64,000 bases of DNA from Octopus sinensis (Eukaryota). The stretch lies in assembly GCF_006345805.1 (NCBI RefSeq), contig NC_042999.1, forward strand, positions 1 to 64,000, read 5' to 3'. Position numbers and translations under genes: made by a program. Below the pieces are notes generated by a model, which worked only from the letters and a program-made list of their open reading frames with translations, ran no database searches and had not been told where the DNA came from. Positions 50,521 to 63,395 of the stretch are shown here, piece by piece. The stretch's first letter is position 1, and the number at the start of each line of letters is the position of its first letter.

Positions 50521-53482
50521 ATATATATGATGGGCTTTTTTCAGTTTCCGTCTACCAAATTCACTCACATGGCTTTGGTTGGCCCGAGGCTATAGTAGAG
50601 GACACTTGCCCAAGGTGTCACGCAGTGGGACTGAACCCGGAACCATGTGGTTGGTAAGCAAGCTACTTACCACACAGCCACTCCGCCTATATATATATAT
50701 ATATTTCCATTGCATCTCCACACAATTGTCACCCTAGGCTGTCAGAGCCAACGAATTTAATGGTTTGTTTTTCAGTTCCTTTTTGTTCTTCCAGCCTCCA
50801 CAGATAATCTTTCTCACCAGTGTTTCACTAATGATGAGAAAATCCTTTCATCAGTCATAGTGTAAACAGTTCTCCGTATTCATTACCCCCACCCCACCCC
50901 CGCTTTCTTATCTTTCACACTTAACTATAATGAGATTACCTTGCAGAAATACTTTAAGCTATTTTTTTACTCATTTCTTATTATCTTGAATTAACAAAGG
51001 AACTTCTAACGACCTAGAAATAGCGGACAAATTTTTTTCATCTTAAAACAAGACACGTTGTGGTTTGAGTTAAGATCATCATCATCATCATTATTTAATG
51101 TACATTTTCCCATTCTTGCTGGGGTCAAACAGAATTAGTTGGGGGTAAGCAAGGGTATGCTCCCTGTAGAAAATCCAGCTCCAAGAAAGCCTCATGATAG
51201 CAAAGGAGAATGGGCACCAACCAGCCCAAAGGTCGGGGTGGGCTGCACCTGCCTACCTAGGTTGCTATGGCATTGAGGTAGATCCGGTTATCCCCGTTAA
51301 CAGGTACAAAACATGGATTTAAGACATTGGATGAAGATGATGATGATGAAGATGAGGATGCTGATTACCATGTGAACCACAATGAAAAAATTGAGAAAGA
51401 TATAGCATATAATTTATTTTTTTGTGCAGGGGTTCCTTGAGGCATGTACTTTATTTTCTATAGCCAGATGCCTTCCCAAATAGGGTGATATTTCCCATGG
51501 CCAGACATGTTTTCGTGGATGAATGGAAAGAAATGACATGGTGTTGGTTGCTTGCTACCATCATGCAACATCCAAGACAAGGACACACACACACATACAC
51601 ACACACACACAAGCTTCTTTCAGTTGCTTCCATCCACCATATCCACTCAAGGCTTGCCCCAGGTGCAGCACTGTGGGATTGAATCCCAGACCACCTGGTT
51701 CAGAACAAGCTTTTTAACCACACACACACACAGCCACATCTGTGCCCATCACACTTGTTAAAATTCAACAATTAATTCAAAATTAAACACATATCCCCTG
51801 TTGAATTCCTTAATGGAAAACCTATATGGTGAAACTGTACACAATGAAAATGTGATGCGAAAACAATCGCTCTCTCTTGGGAAAAAGGAAGGAACTGGGT
51901 ATAATTGAAATCCTGATATTAATTGCAGACCTAAGTGGTCTTCAATAGAGCTCCATTTTATAATCTGGAGAATTATAAAATTTCCAAGCAATATATCATT
52001 GGGAATAATGGATAATGAATGTAATTCTAATCAGCATTTTTTTTTTTCTTGTACCATTAAAGGTAAAATTGCTGTGGTATGCTACTTAAGCAGCAATTAT
52101 TCTAATGATGCTGGTACTCTATTAAGCATAGCGGATTATGTTACTCCTTCATTTAACTGTGGACTGCTGCATTGCATTTTACAGGAGTGTAATTCATCAT
52201 CATCATCATCATCATCATCGTTTAACATCTGCTTTCCTTGCTAGCATGGGTTGGACGATTTTCACTGAGGGCTGGCGAACCAGATGGCTGCACCAGGCTC
52301 CAATCTTGATCTGGCAGAGTTTCTACAGCTGGATGCCCTTCCTAACACCAACCACTCCGAGAGTGTAGTCGGTGCTTTTTACGTGCCAAACGAGGCTGGC
52401 AACGGTCACGATCAGTTGGTGCTTTTTATGTGCCAATGGCATGGGGGCCAGTCAGGCGGTACTGGCAGCGGCCACGCTCGAATCCTTTAACACGTGCCAC
52501 CAGCACAGGTGCCAGTGAAGTTACGTTGGTAACGATCACGCTCAAATGGTGCCCTTTTACATGCCACGGGTATGGAAGCCAGTTGGCTGCTCTGGCAACG
52601 ATCACACTCGGATTAGCACCATACTAGCACATGCACAAGTGCCAGCAAGGTGACTCTGGTAACGATCATACTCGAATGGTGCCCTTTTTGAAAAGTCATA
52701 AAAATGTTTTTAAAAAATTACACAGCAATACATTTGATTGTTATGAGGTATTTGATATTACGTTAGGGAAAAACTGCTCATAACTAGCCTTTCATATTTT
52801 ATTCTTAATTTTCCCATCTCGCCAGCACCACCACCACCACATACATACATCAAAGAATTTTAATTTTAGAAACATTTCTGTAGAGTGCAACAAAATCCTC
52901 AAATAAATGGATACCTAGTTGTGGAAATCCGTAGTCAAATATCCACATTTTTGTATGTGACTAAACTACAGAACAGTGATGTACCTTATCATTCTTAATA
53001 TGTTTTGTTCCTTCTCGAGCCATGCCTGGCTCATAGGGCCGGTTTCCCAGTTTCCTTGGCGTATAGGTTCTACCTGGACGGGACACTGGTCTGTCACAGG
53101 TGAGCTGCAAGATGCAGGAGGAAAGAGTGAGAGAAAGTTGTGGTGAAAGAGTCAGCAGAAGTTCGCCATTACCTTCTGCCAGAGCGTCATGGAGCTTAGG
53201 TGTTTCGCTCATAAACACACACATCGCCCTGTCTGAGATTCAAACTCATGATCCCTCGACTGCAAGTCTGCTGCTCTAACCACTAGGCCATGTGCCTCCA
53301 CATTCTTAATATGAGCAGACCCAAATGAGAATATGATAATTACTGTTGTATTTTGTCTTCAGAGAATGCTGCCTTCCTTTAAATAATGTATCTCTTGTTT
53401 CAGTCATTAAACTGCAACCATTCTGGGGCATCACTGAAGAATTTGCAGTCAAATGAATTGACCCCAATATTTTTATTCAGTA

Positions 53483-53874
53483 CTAGCAGTATCGCCCGGC
53501 ATTGCTCGGGTTTGTTTCAACCCTTTAGAATTGGAATTTTTGAAAAGTAAAAATTTTGCATTATGTAGCTTGTTATTCTCTTTAAGTGAACATTTTTCCG
53601 GTTGAAATACACCGAAAAATGGCGACACAGCAGTAAAAAAATCGTAAAAAATAGGGATTTTCATAGACAAAAAGCACCTTTTTGATATAAATGATTTTTG
53701 GTGTTAACATGGTCCGATTTGAATTTTATCTTCTACAGAATGAAGAGCAAGTCTTCTTCTATCATACTCTCAATTTTGGTCAACTTGCGCGCTGCAGGGT
53801 CTTGGAGGAGATAGTGTTAGTTGAAGGCTACCAAACCTGCCACACACAGACAACTTCAGCTTTATATAGAGAGA
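53483..53874 (-). mobile_element. Non-autonomous Helitron, complete
   Basis: A|CTAG...CCCGGCATTGCTCGGG hairpin ... TATAGAGAGA|T (TC start on minus strand). Confidence 0.8.
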
Positions 53875-54157
53875 TAGATATTGAATAACATAATTAACTG
53901 ATCGTCCTATATTTTCTTTTACTCAAAGCCATGAACTTTTCAGTGCCTTCTCATGTATGTATGTGTGTGTGTATGTATAAAGATATATGTATATGATGAT
54001 GATATATATATATATATATATATAATATATATATTCTTCATCTCTGCCAAGAATAGACTATGACTTTGAACCCACAAGAGTAAACAAGAGAGACAGAGAC
54101 AGGCAGTAACAAGAAAAATGCCCCTTGTATTTGAATACTATACAAATATTCTTTTAA

Positions 54158-54377
54158 CCTTTTTGTTACCAACCCGGCTGAAACCGTCTCTGGCTCTAAG
54201 TACAAATGTCTTGTTTTCATAAGTTTTGAATTAAAATTTTCCACCAAACCTTAGTCACAATTTATGTTCCTAATACTAGCTTAATGATAACTAAGTTGTT
54301 TTATTAAATTCTTTGTTATATTTAAAATAATTGAAAGAAATACAGAGCATCTCAAAATAAATACAGTAACAAAAGGG
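54158..54377. mobile_element. piggyBac-like MITE
   Basis: TTAA|CCTTTTTGTTAC ... GTAACAAAAGGG|TTAA. Confidence 0.8.
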
Positions 54378-54559
54378 TTAAAACACTTTTCATTTAATTT
54401 TTCCAAAATTTAATTGTTTTCCATACTTAGAGTAGAAAAAGTCTCAATGACTGAAACCAGTACTAACACGTCTTTTATGATAAAATTATTTTAGCATTTT
54501 CTACGTTGACTTATTTTCCTTATACATATCAACTCGTGTGTTCCTTTTGAACCTTCTAC

Positions 54560-54597
<38 letters not shown>

Positions 54598-55155
54598 GTA
54601 TGTATATATATATTATAGTGGGGCAGACCTGTGGGCCAGTAGTGTTTGGGGTGTGAAGATATGCCATAAGGCTAAATTGCTTATGAGAGAGAAACCCAGG
54701 GAACCCCATAAACTGGCCTACCCCACTATAATATTAACTGTTCTGCATCTTAGAGTGTGCTTTTCCTCTGGTTTATGTATTTTAACAAATGATATATATA
54801 TATATATATATATACTTTATTTAAAAGCAGCAGAAATTTAACAAAAGCTGTTACTCGGAGTTTCACGTTCCCGTTTGTCGGACAAACAGGAACATAAAAC
54901 TCCGAGTAACAGCTTTTGTTAAATTTCTGCTGCTTTTAAATAAAGCATATTACTCTAGCTCTGGTATTTGAGTACTCATCTTTCCACCTTGTTTCACATT
55001 TATGTGTTTACTCCGGTATATATATATTGATATATCTTCTTCTTTGTTCTCTCTCTATCATATACACACACATACACATATGTATAGGAGAAAAAAAAGA
55101 AAATGGAGATTGGGTAGTTAATAATTGTTTATTGTTAGCAGCAAATTAATCTTCT

Positions 55156-55242
55156 TTCCTTACAGCTGTTTCAATTAATACTCAGTAAATATTAAGTAAA
55201 CGTTAGACTTATATGACCTGAGCATAATATCTTCAGAAGGAA
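55156..55242 (-). ncRNA. Hammerhead ribozyme-like motif
   Basis: Minus strand: ttcctt-CTGAAGA-tattatgctcag..ctgagtattaatt-GAAAC-AGCT-GTA-aggaa. Confidence 0.6.
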
Positions 55243-56664
55243 AAAATATACCCTTGAATGTTTTATATGTGTTTATGGATTCATTATAGCTATCTAAAAT
55301 TCAATCTGCTATAATGTTAAAATTAGTTAATATTTACTAAATATTAATTGAAACAGCTGTAAAGGATGATGAATAATTTGCTGTTAATATTAAACAATTA
55401 TTATCTTCTCAATCTCTGTTTTCTTTTGTTTTCTACTTTTATATGAATATAGACTATATGCTTTTATATATTACGAAGATGTACTTGCATAGCAAGTGAT
55501 TTGATCTGAGATCGTGTGCTGGAACGAAAACAATTGCAGCGTGGAAGGTATTTGTAAGCCGTTTAAGAAACAGCACGATTTTTGTCAGTGAACAGGTCGC
55601 GGCCTTATAGCGAAGAAAATATTTTGACAATTTAACTTAAATGTTGAAGTGAATCGAATGGCTTTTGTGTGTTTCTTAAATGGCTTACAAACACCTTCCA
55701 CACTGCAATTGCTTTTATATATATATACACCCATGATTCTAAGGAAATTAATTCCCCCCAAATACTAGGTATTGAACTAGTATTTACTTGGATGAAACCA
55801 TCCCTTCATGAGGTTAACACAACCTCTAATCGAACTGCAAAATCTACAAGTATTTTTTGTTCTCTCTCCGTTTATTTTCTCTTATTCCATTCTGTTGAAA
55901 GAGCGTAGGCTTAAAACAAAAAAGACTTTCTCACTTTCCCAAGCGTCAAACTAATACACCTGCTTGTTGTTCATACACCTGTCTTTGTATTTTGCTTTTC
56001 TGTAAATTTCAACTATACACACACACACATATATATATATACATGTATCTATCGTTTTTGTTCTCTCTTTGTCATATAAATGACTTCTGTGTACTGAGCT
56101 TTGAGAGAAATCAAAAAATGTATTTTATATTTTATTAAAGAAAACTAAATGTACTCTCTCAATACCAATGCACTAAAACAGCAAATACCAACAAAGGCAA
56201 AACGAACAAAGGGCAATGCAACAAAAAATTCAGAATAAATGATAAAATAATAAATAATTTAAAATCAATTAAAATATATAACAAAAACCCCTAATGATTG
56301 GTTTTCAAAGCAACTGTAAAAGATGATTTGGTTCACATTTTTCAATACAGTACAGTAACACAATGATATTTGTAGCAGTTTAATGCTGTGGTGTCTGGGG
56401 TTTGTTTGTCCTTAAAAATGTCGCAGAATAAAATCAATGGGAAAAAAATATATCGTTTAGAATTTCTGAATGTTTACATAAAAATAAAGAAAAGCATATT
56501 TTGCTATCTTAGAAGAAAATCTGGAAACTTCTTGTAAACTAAATAAAATATCTGTCAATTGTAAAAAAGAAAAAAGAAACAGTAAAGGTGGAAAACAAAT
56601 AATTAGAGAGAGAGAGAGAGCACGCCAAAAGGGAAAGGTAGAAAGTTATATATATATATGTATA

Positions 56665-56716
<52 letters not shown>

Positions 56717-58557
56717 TATGTATGTATGTATGTTTGTATATATTTATATATAATATATTTGTGTGTATGTGTATATATATTATATATTATATATATATAT
56801 ATATAATATATATATATATATATGACACACACCACGCACATACATATATATGTGTGTGTGTATGTTTTCATATATATATATATCCATACATATACACACA
56901 TACATATACATACATATATACATACATATGTACATATATATATATATACATATACATACACATATGTATATATACACATACATGCACATATATATATGTA
57001 TATATATATACATATATTCATTTATATATATATATACAGAGAGAGAGAGAGAGAGTGAGTGAGTGAGTGAGTGAGTGAGAGAGAGAGAGAGATACATGAA
57101 GAAATAAATATAATAAAAAGAGAGGAGAGCAAGGTGGCAATATTGAATTAGGAAACGTATCGAGCTTCACTTGGCAAATAACTTGATTATGTTGCACATC
57201 TGATAAGGCTTTTCAATGTTGTTAGATTTTCTGAAGGAAACAATAATTGACAGCATGAAATGACTAGGTTCTACCTGGCTATAACTTAGAAAGAATGCTA
57301 TGTCAAATGGCATTTAGGAACATAGCACACACATACTCGCTGTGTTCATGCAGTATAAATTATCTGTAAATGTTGCAGCATTTTACATACAGCAGCTTAT
57401 GTTAAAACTGCTGGCTGTTTAAGCCACAAACAGTCTTTATTCACTGTGAGCCGGCTTTTATTTCCTCTACAGCTGGATGCCTTTCCTAACAGCAGTTGCT
57501 TTGAAGTATCCAGTACACACTGTGAAGTGGTTGGTGTTAGGAAGGACATCCAGTCCTGGAAACCTTGCCAAAGCTGACTTCAAGGCTCAATGCAACCTTT
57601 GTGGCTCACCGGATGTTGCCAGGCTGTGTGGCCTATGTCACCATGGAAAACAGATTTTAAATGTTGATGATGATGATGATGACAATGACATTTGTTTTGT
57701 ACCCATAGATCACTTTTAGTATACCATATACAAGGTCTGATCAAAAGGTAATACATTATATATATGCTACTGACCATGGGATTACACCTAGAAAGTTACC
57801 CTCTCAGGCACAAGTCCGAGCAAGGTTGTTTATAGAAGACCAGCAGTCACCCATGCATACTGGCCTCCCCTCTCCACACCACTGATATTATCCAAGGGAA
57901 AGGCAACAGTGCGTGGCTCAGTGGTTAGAGCGTCGAGCTTATAATTGTGAGGTTGTGAGTTTGAATCCTGGACCAGGCTGCATGTTGTGTTCTTGAGCAA
58001 GACACTTTATTTCATGTTGCTCCAGTTCACTCAGCTGTAGAAATGAGTTGCAATTATATATTTTATATATATATATGTGTGTGTGTGCATGTATGTACAA
58101 ATATTTTATAATTATAAACATAATTATAATTAGGGTTCAGCTAATTGCTTCACCACATACTGAATTTAGAAATAGGAGTTAAAAAATTCCTTTTCTACAA
58201 GGTAACAATCTCCACGACAGTAACATACTTTTTTACGAAGGCAAAGAGAAAAACAATGAATCAACACGACCAGGATTAACTACATATGCGTTTTGAGATT
58301 AAAGTGTTTAAATATTTACTTACTTATCTCTTCAGCGTAGTATTTCCAATTATAAGATTTGAAAGTGCTAGAGTTAAATATGCACACAATCAAGAAACAT
58401 CATGTAACAGATATCCAACCAACACTTCCAAAATTTACATAGCTGAATGTGAATACACTATTCATTCCCTATATGTATGTATGTATATATAAAGAACGTT
58501 AAGAAAATGGAGATACAACATTAATATAATTTTTGATTTGCAAAAATCCAACATATT

Positions 58558-58639
58558 CTCTTACAGCTGTTTCAATTAAGCCTAAAAGATTAAATAGCAA
58601 TAATTAAATCATTATATTAGGCAAAATCTCAGCAGAGAG
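58558..58639 (-). ncRNA. Degenerate hammerhead motif (core CTGCTGA)
   Basis: Minus strand: ctct-CTGCTGA-gattttgcctaa..ttaggcttaatt-GAAAC-AGCT-GTA-agag. Confidence 0.5.
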
Positions 58640-58762
58640 GTAGAAAAGTTATACCATTAGGTCCTTAGATATTGTGTTTTTGACTCAACACAGCAGGCCG
58701 AATATTATTTTATGTCTAAATATATATATATATATATATAATAATATATATAATGTGTGTGT

Positions 58763-58795
<33 letters not shown>

Positions 58796-59505
58796 CTATT
58801 CCTGCTAAGCTGATTTAGCCTCTTTCATCTTCCCTTGGTGTACCTCTTCTAACATACACACACACATATATTGTTTGTTGTTGTGTTATAATAAAAGCAA
58901 TTTTGGTTTATATTGAAGGAATTATGAATACATTTGGCAGAACACAAATTTATTATGCTTTAGCAAGAATTTTATTGACAGTTACGTTGAAGATTTGACC
59001 AGCTAAGACAATAATGATTTATCTGGTTCATACTTCAAAGTCACTGTCAATATAACATAATATATATACCTGTATATATGTATGTATGTATGTGTATATA
59101 TATATGTACATGTGTATGTGTATGTGTATATATATATATATATATATTGTAAAATACATATACTAATGTATATGCTTTGTATATTTTACGGTGGTTGCAA
59201 TGGCATATCGGAGTATATAACTCTCATGTCACTGGTGTTAAAACGCCTCAGAGCCATGGACAGGTGAGATAACTCACCCTCAATCCCATTTGGGGGTAAT
59301 GGACATCGAGGTTTCATCATTTTTGTAGCTTATCAACACCACCAACTCACTTGTCCAACTGGCTTAGGTAGGCAGTTTCTGGGTATATCAGCTCATGATT
59401 TTACAAGCCATGAGGATATATATATATATATTTTAAAAAATGAGATAACAAACCCAAGACTGTGAGTAGTTTTCAGGACATTTATAAGGAAAAAGTATAG
59501 ATATA

Positions 59506-59553
59506 GTCTTACAGCTGTTTCTGGGATATTATGGATATCCCTTCGTCCAAGAC
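59506..59553 (-). ncRNA. Degenerate hammerhead motif (core TGGACGA)
   Basis: Minus strand: gtct-TGGACGA-a-gggatat-ccata-atatccc-a-GAAAC-AGCT-GTA-agac. Confidence 0.4.
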
Positions 59554-59706
59554 AATGTGAGATGGTTTTTAAATAGAGGTCCAAGGCTGTGATGTGTCTG
59601 TGTATGTGTGTGTGTGTTGTGTGTGTGTATGTAGAAATAGAGAGACGAAGAGAGAGCACGAGAGAAAGAAAGAATTATAGATAGGTAGATAGATAGATAG
59701 ATAGAC

Positions 59707-59768
<62 letters not shown>

Positions 59769-59769
59769 G

Positions 59770-59801
<32 letters not shown>

Positions 59802-60333
59802 CAGACAGATAGACAGATATACTGAAACTGTAGCAATTAATGGGCAGATGCTGTTGTGTTATGCATATATAGTTAGCTGATGATACATTTTCTTAGCTGA
59901 TTCTTATAGTTGCTTGTATACAAAACCATTTGATACAAAGCCACATTGATGAAGCAGCTGTAGTAGTAGCAGTAGTATTAGTAGTAGTAGTAGTAGTAGT
60001 AGTAGTAGCAGCAGTAGTAGTAGTAGTAGTAGTTGTAGTAGTAGTAGTAGTGGCTGTGAGGTATAATATTATTACTGTGTAGAATAGAACTGCCAGAGTT
60101 ATGGATGCTACAAATGATATAAACTTTCCTACATATTTTATGTACTTCAAAATATCTATTAGAGCTCACAAGTTATCAATTACTTCCCCTCTGTCCTTCC
60201 ACACTTCTCATTCTATATGTTTCTATATCAAGTTTATATCTGTCTGTATAAATCTATATATACACTTATACACGTACACATATACATGTGTGTGTATATA
60301 TATTCCCTTTGCTCTTTTTTTTTTTTAACAAAA

Positions 60334-60478
60334 TTGTCCGACAAACAGGAACGTGAAACTCTGAGTAACAGGTTTTGTTATATTTCTGCTGCTTTTAAAT
60401 AAAGCATATTACTCTACCTCTGGTATTTGAGTACTCTTTTTTCCACCTTGTTTCACATTTATGTGCTTACTCCGGTAT
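60334..60478 (+). mobile_element. Short PLE-type fragment starting with a compact hammerhead variant; same family as 54815-55018 and 47375-47495
   Basis: ttgt-CCGACAA-aca-ggaa-cgt-GAAAC-TCTGA-GTA-acag, followed by the shared tail ...aaagcatattactct..ggtatttgagtact..ccaccttgtttcacatttatgtg. Confidence 0.55.
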
Positions 60479-60482
60479 ATTA

Positions 60483-60895
60483 CTCTTTTCTCTTTTACTC
60501 TCTTACTTGTTTCGGTCATTTGACTGTGGCCATGCTGGAGCACCACCTTTAATTGAGCAACTCGGCCCCGGGGCTTATTCTTTTGTAAGCCCAGTACTTA
60601 TTCTATTGGTCTCTTTTGCCGAACCGCTAAGTAACGGGGACATAAATACACCAGCATCAGTTGTCAAGCAATGCTAGGGGTACAAACACAGACACACAAA
60701 CACATACCCACACATACATATATATACATATATACGACGGGCTTCTTTCAGTTTCCGTCTACCAAATCCACTCACAAGGCTTTGGTCGGCCCGAGGGTAT
60801 AGTAGAAGACACTTGCCCAAGGTACCACATAGTGGGACTGAACCCTGAACCATGTGGTCGGTAAGCAGGCTACTTACCACACAGCCACTCCTACG

Positions 60896-60899
<4 letters not shown>
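60483..60899 (-). mobile_element. SINE family A
   Basis: Full-length reverse copy. Partial copies also at ~25205, 26480, 31155, 39280, 39850, 42845, 48630, 50081/50529 and 51600. Confidence 0.85.
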
Positions 60900-60940
<41 letters not shown>

Positions 60941-61609
60941 GAGAGAGAGAGAGAGAGAGAGAGGGAGGGAGGGAGAGAGATACATATATGTAGATACATA
61001 TATACACACACACACATACACACACACACACGCACACACACATACATATGTAATGTACACACGCACAAATAAGGAGTGAATGTGTTTGCGTATCGGCCCC
61101 TGTGTATCTTCCGCTGTGTCTGTGTCTCTACATCAACAAGGGTGTGTCGATGAATATATAATTAGCTGATTTATAGATTAAACCCATTTTTTTTTTTTTT
61201 TTTTTTTTTTTTGTTTTTTACTTTCCTTGTTGATTTTATTATTTTTTTGCTTTCGTTTTCACAGCTCAACAACTTTATTTCAGTCAGAAAGTTGGAACAT
61301 ATATTTGCTAAATGGCAGTGCTATTTTTTTTCTTTCCTTTTTTTTTTTTCTTGTTGTTTATTTATGTTTTTCTTTTTGTTTTTTTTATTTTATTTTTCCC
61401 ACTCACCTCCACCACCACCACCACACCATCACCACCACCACTCCACGACCACCACCACTTTGTCCATCAACTCAGCACTAATTTTGTTCTCCATAAAGTT
61501 CCATAAAAGGCTCGAGTTTCTTTTTTTTCTTTCCTTTTTTTTTTGCACCTGTATCCCATATTAATGAAATTTTGTTGGCTGCAAAAAATTCTGGTCCGGC
61601 CACTGGTGG

Positions 61610-62415
61610 TACCATGACCACCACCACCAACGACAACATCATCACCTCTACCACTATTACATTCACTACCATTATCATCATCACCACCACCACCTTCACT
61701 ACTACTATTACTACTATCACCAACACTACTATTACTACCACCACCACCACCACTATTACTACTACTACCACCACCACCACTACTACACACACTACAGCCA
61801 CCACCATTACTACTACAACCACCACCATCACTGCTACTACTACTACAACCACCACCATCACTGCTACTACTACTACTACCACCACCACCACCACTATTAC
61901 TACTACTACCACCACCACCACTACTACACACACTACAGCCACCACCATTACTACTACAACAACCACCATCACTGCTACTACTACTACTACCACCACCACC
62001 ACCACCACCACTATTATTACTACTACCACCATCACTACTACAGCCACCACTATTACTACTACCACCACCACCATCATCACCACCACACCTCTACTACTAT
62101 TGCTACCACCACCACCAATACTACCACCACCACCACCACCACCACCACTACCACTACTACACCATTATTATCACTTCACTTCAACTACCAACATCACCAC
62201 TAACATCATCCCCTTCACCACCACTACCACCACCACCACCACCAATAACAACAACATCACCACCACCATCACAATCATGACGCTCAAGGCTACGAACGCC
62301 AATAACTGTACCACCGTTGCTACTACTACCATCGTCACTGCCACCACCACTACCACCACAACCACCAGCGCTGCCTTCACTGCCATCATCACCCGCACAC
62401 TCCCCCCCCCCCCCA
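61610..62415. repeat. (ACC/ACT)n cryptic trinucleotide repeat
   Basis: Direct reading, with internal block duplications. Confidence 0.9.
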
Positions 62416-62524
62416 ATTGAGAGCTTCTTTAGTGAGACGTGTATCCTTCAGCATCTGTCCCCCTGCCAGGCTCCATTTTCATCAGTTAAGTGACTGGTCC
62501 AATATATTTCGGAAACCTCCTGAA

Positions 62525-62552
62525 ATACCATTTTCAGACTCTGCACGTGTGT

Positions 62553-62588
<36 letters not shown>

Positions 62589-63395
62589 GCACATATATGC
62601 ACACACACACACTTACATGCACACATACACACTTACACACACACCACACACACACACTCACACACACGTACACACTTACATACACATACACATGCATACA
62701 CACTTTCACACACACACACACACTTACACACTTACACACACATGCATACACACAACTCACACACATACTTACACACACACATACACACTTACACACACTT
62801 ACACACTTACATACACATACACACTTACACACACTTTCAAACACACACACACTTACACACACACACATGCATACACACAACTCACACACACACTTACACA
62901 CACTCATACACACTTACACACACACACACACACACACTTACATACGCATACACATGCATACACACTTTCACACACTTACACACACACATGCATACACACT
63001 TTCTCACACACACACACACATGCATACACACAACTCACACACATACTTACACACACATACACACTTACACACACTTACACACTTACATACACATACACAC
63101 TTACACACACTTTCAAACACACACACACACACATGCATACACACAACTCACACACACACTTACACACACATATACACACTTACACACACACACACACACA
63201 CTTACATATGCATACACATGCATACACACTTTCACACACTTACACACACACACACACATGCATACACACTTTCACACACACACACACACATGCATACACC
63301 CAACACACACACACACTTACACATTTACACACACACACACTTACACACACACACACATACACACACAACACACTTACACACACACACACACACAG
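62525..63395. repeat. (CA)n-derived higher-order repeat
   Basis: Recurring CACTTACAC/CATGCATAC/CAACTCAC blocks. Confidence 0.9.

Noticed and set aside
50812-50858. Hammerhead on the minus strand (CTGATGA...GAAAC-ACTG-GTG)
   Set aside because: The cleavage triplet ends in G, there is no stem I, and the core pairs into a plain hairpin.
54055-54110. DYDFEPTRVNKR as the next IFT122 exon
   Set aside because: An in-frame stop follows within a few codons and the conserved WP..L.W motif is absent.
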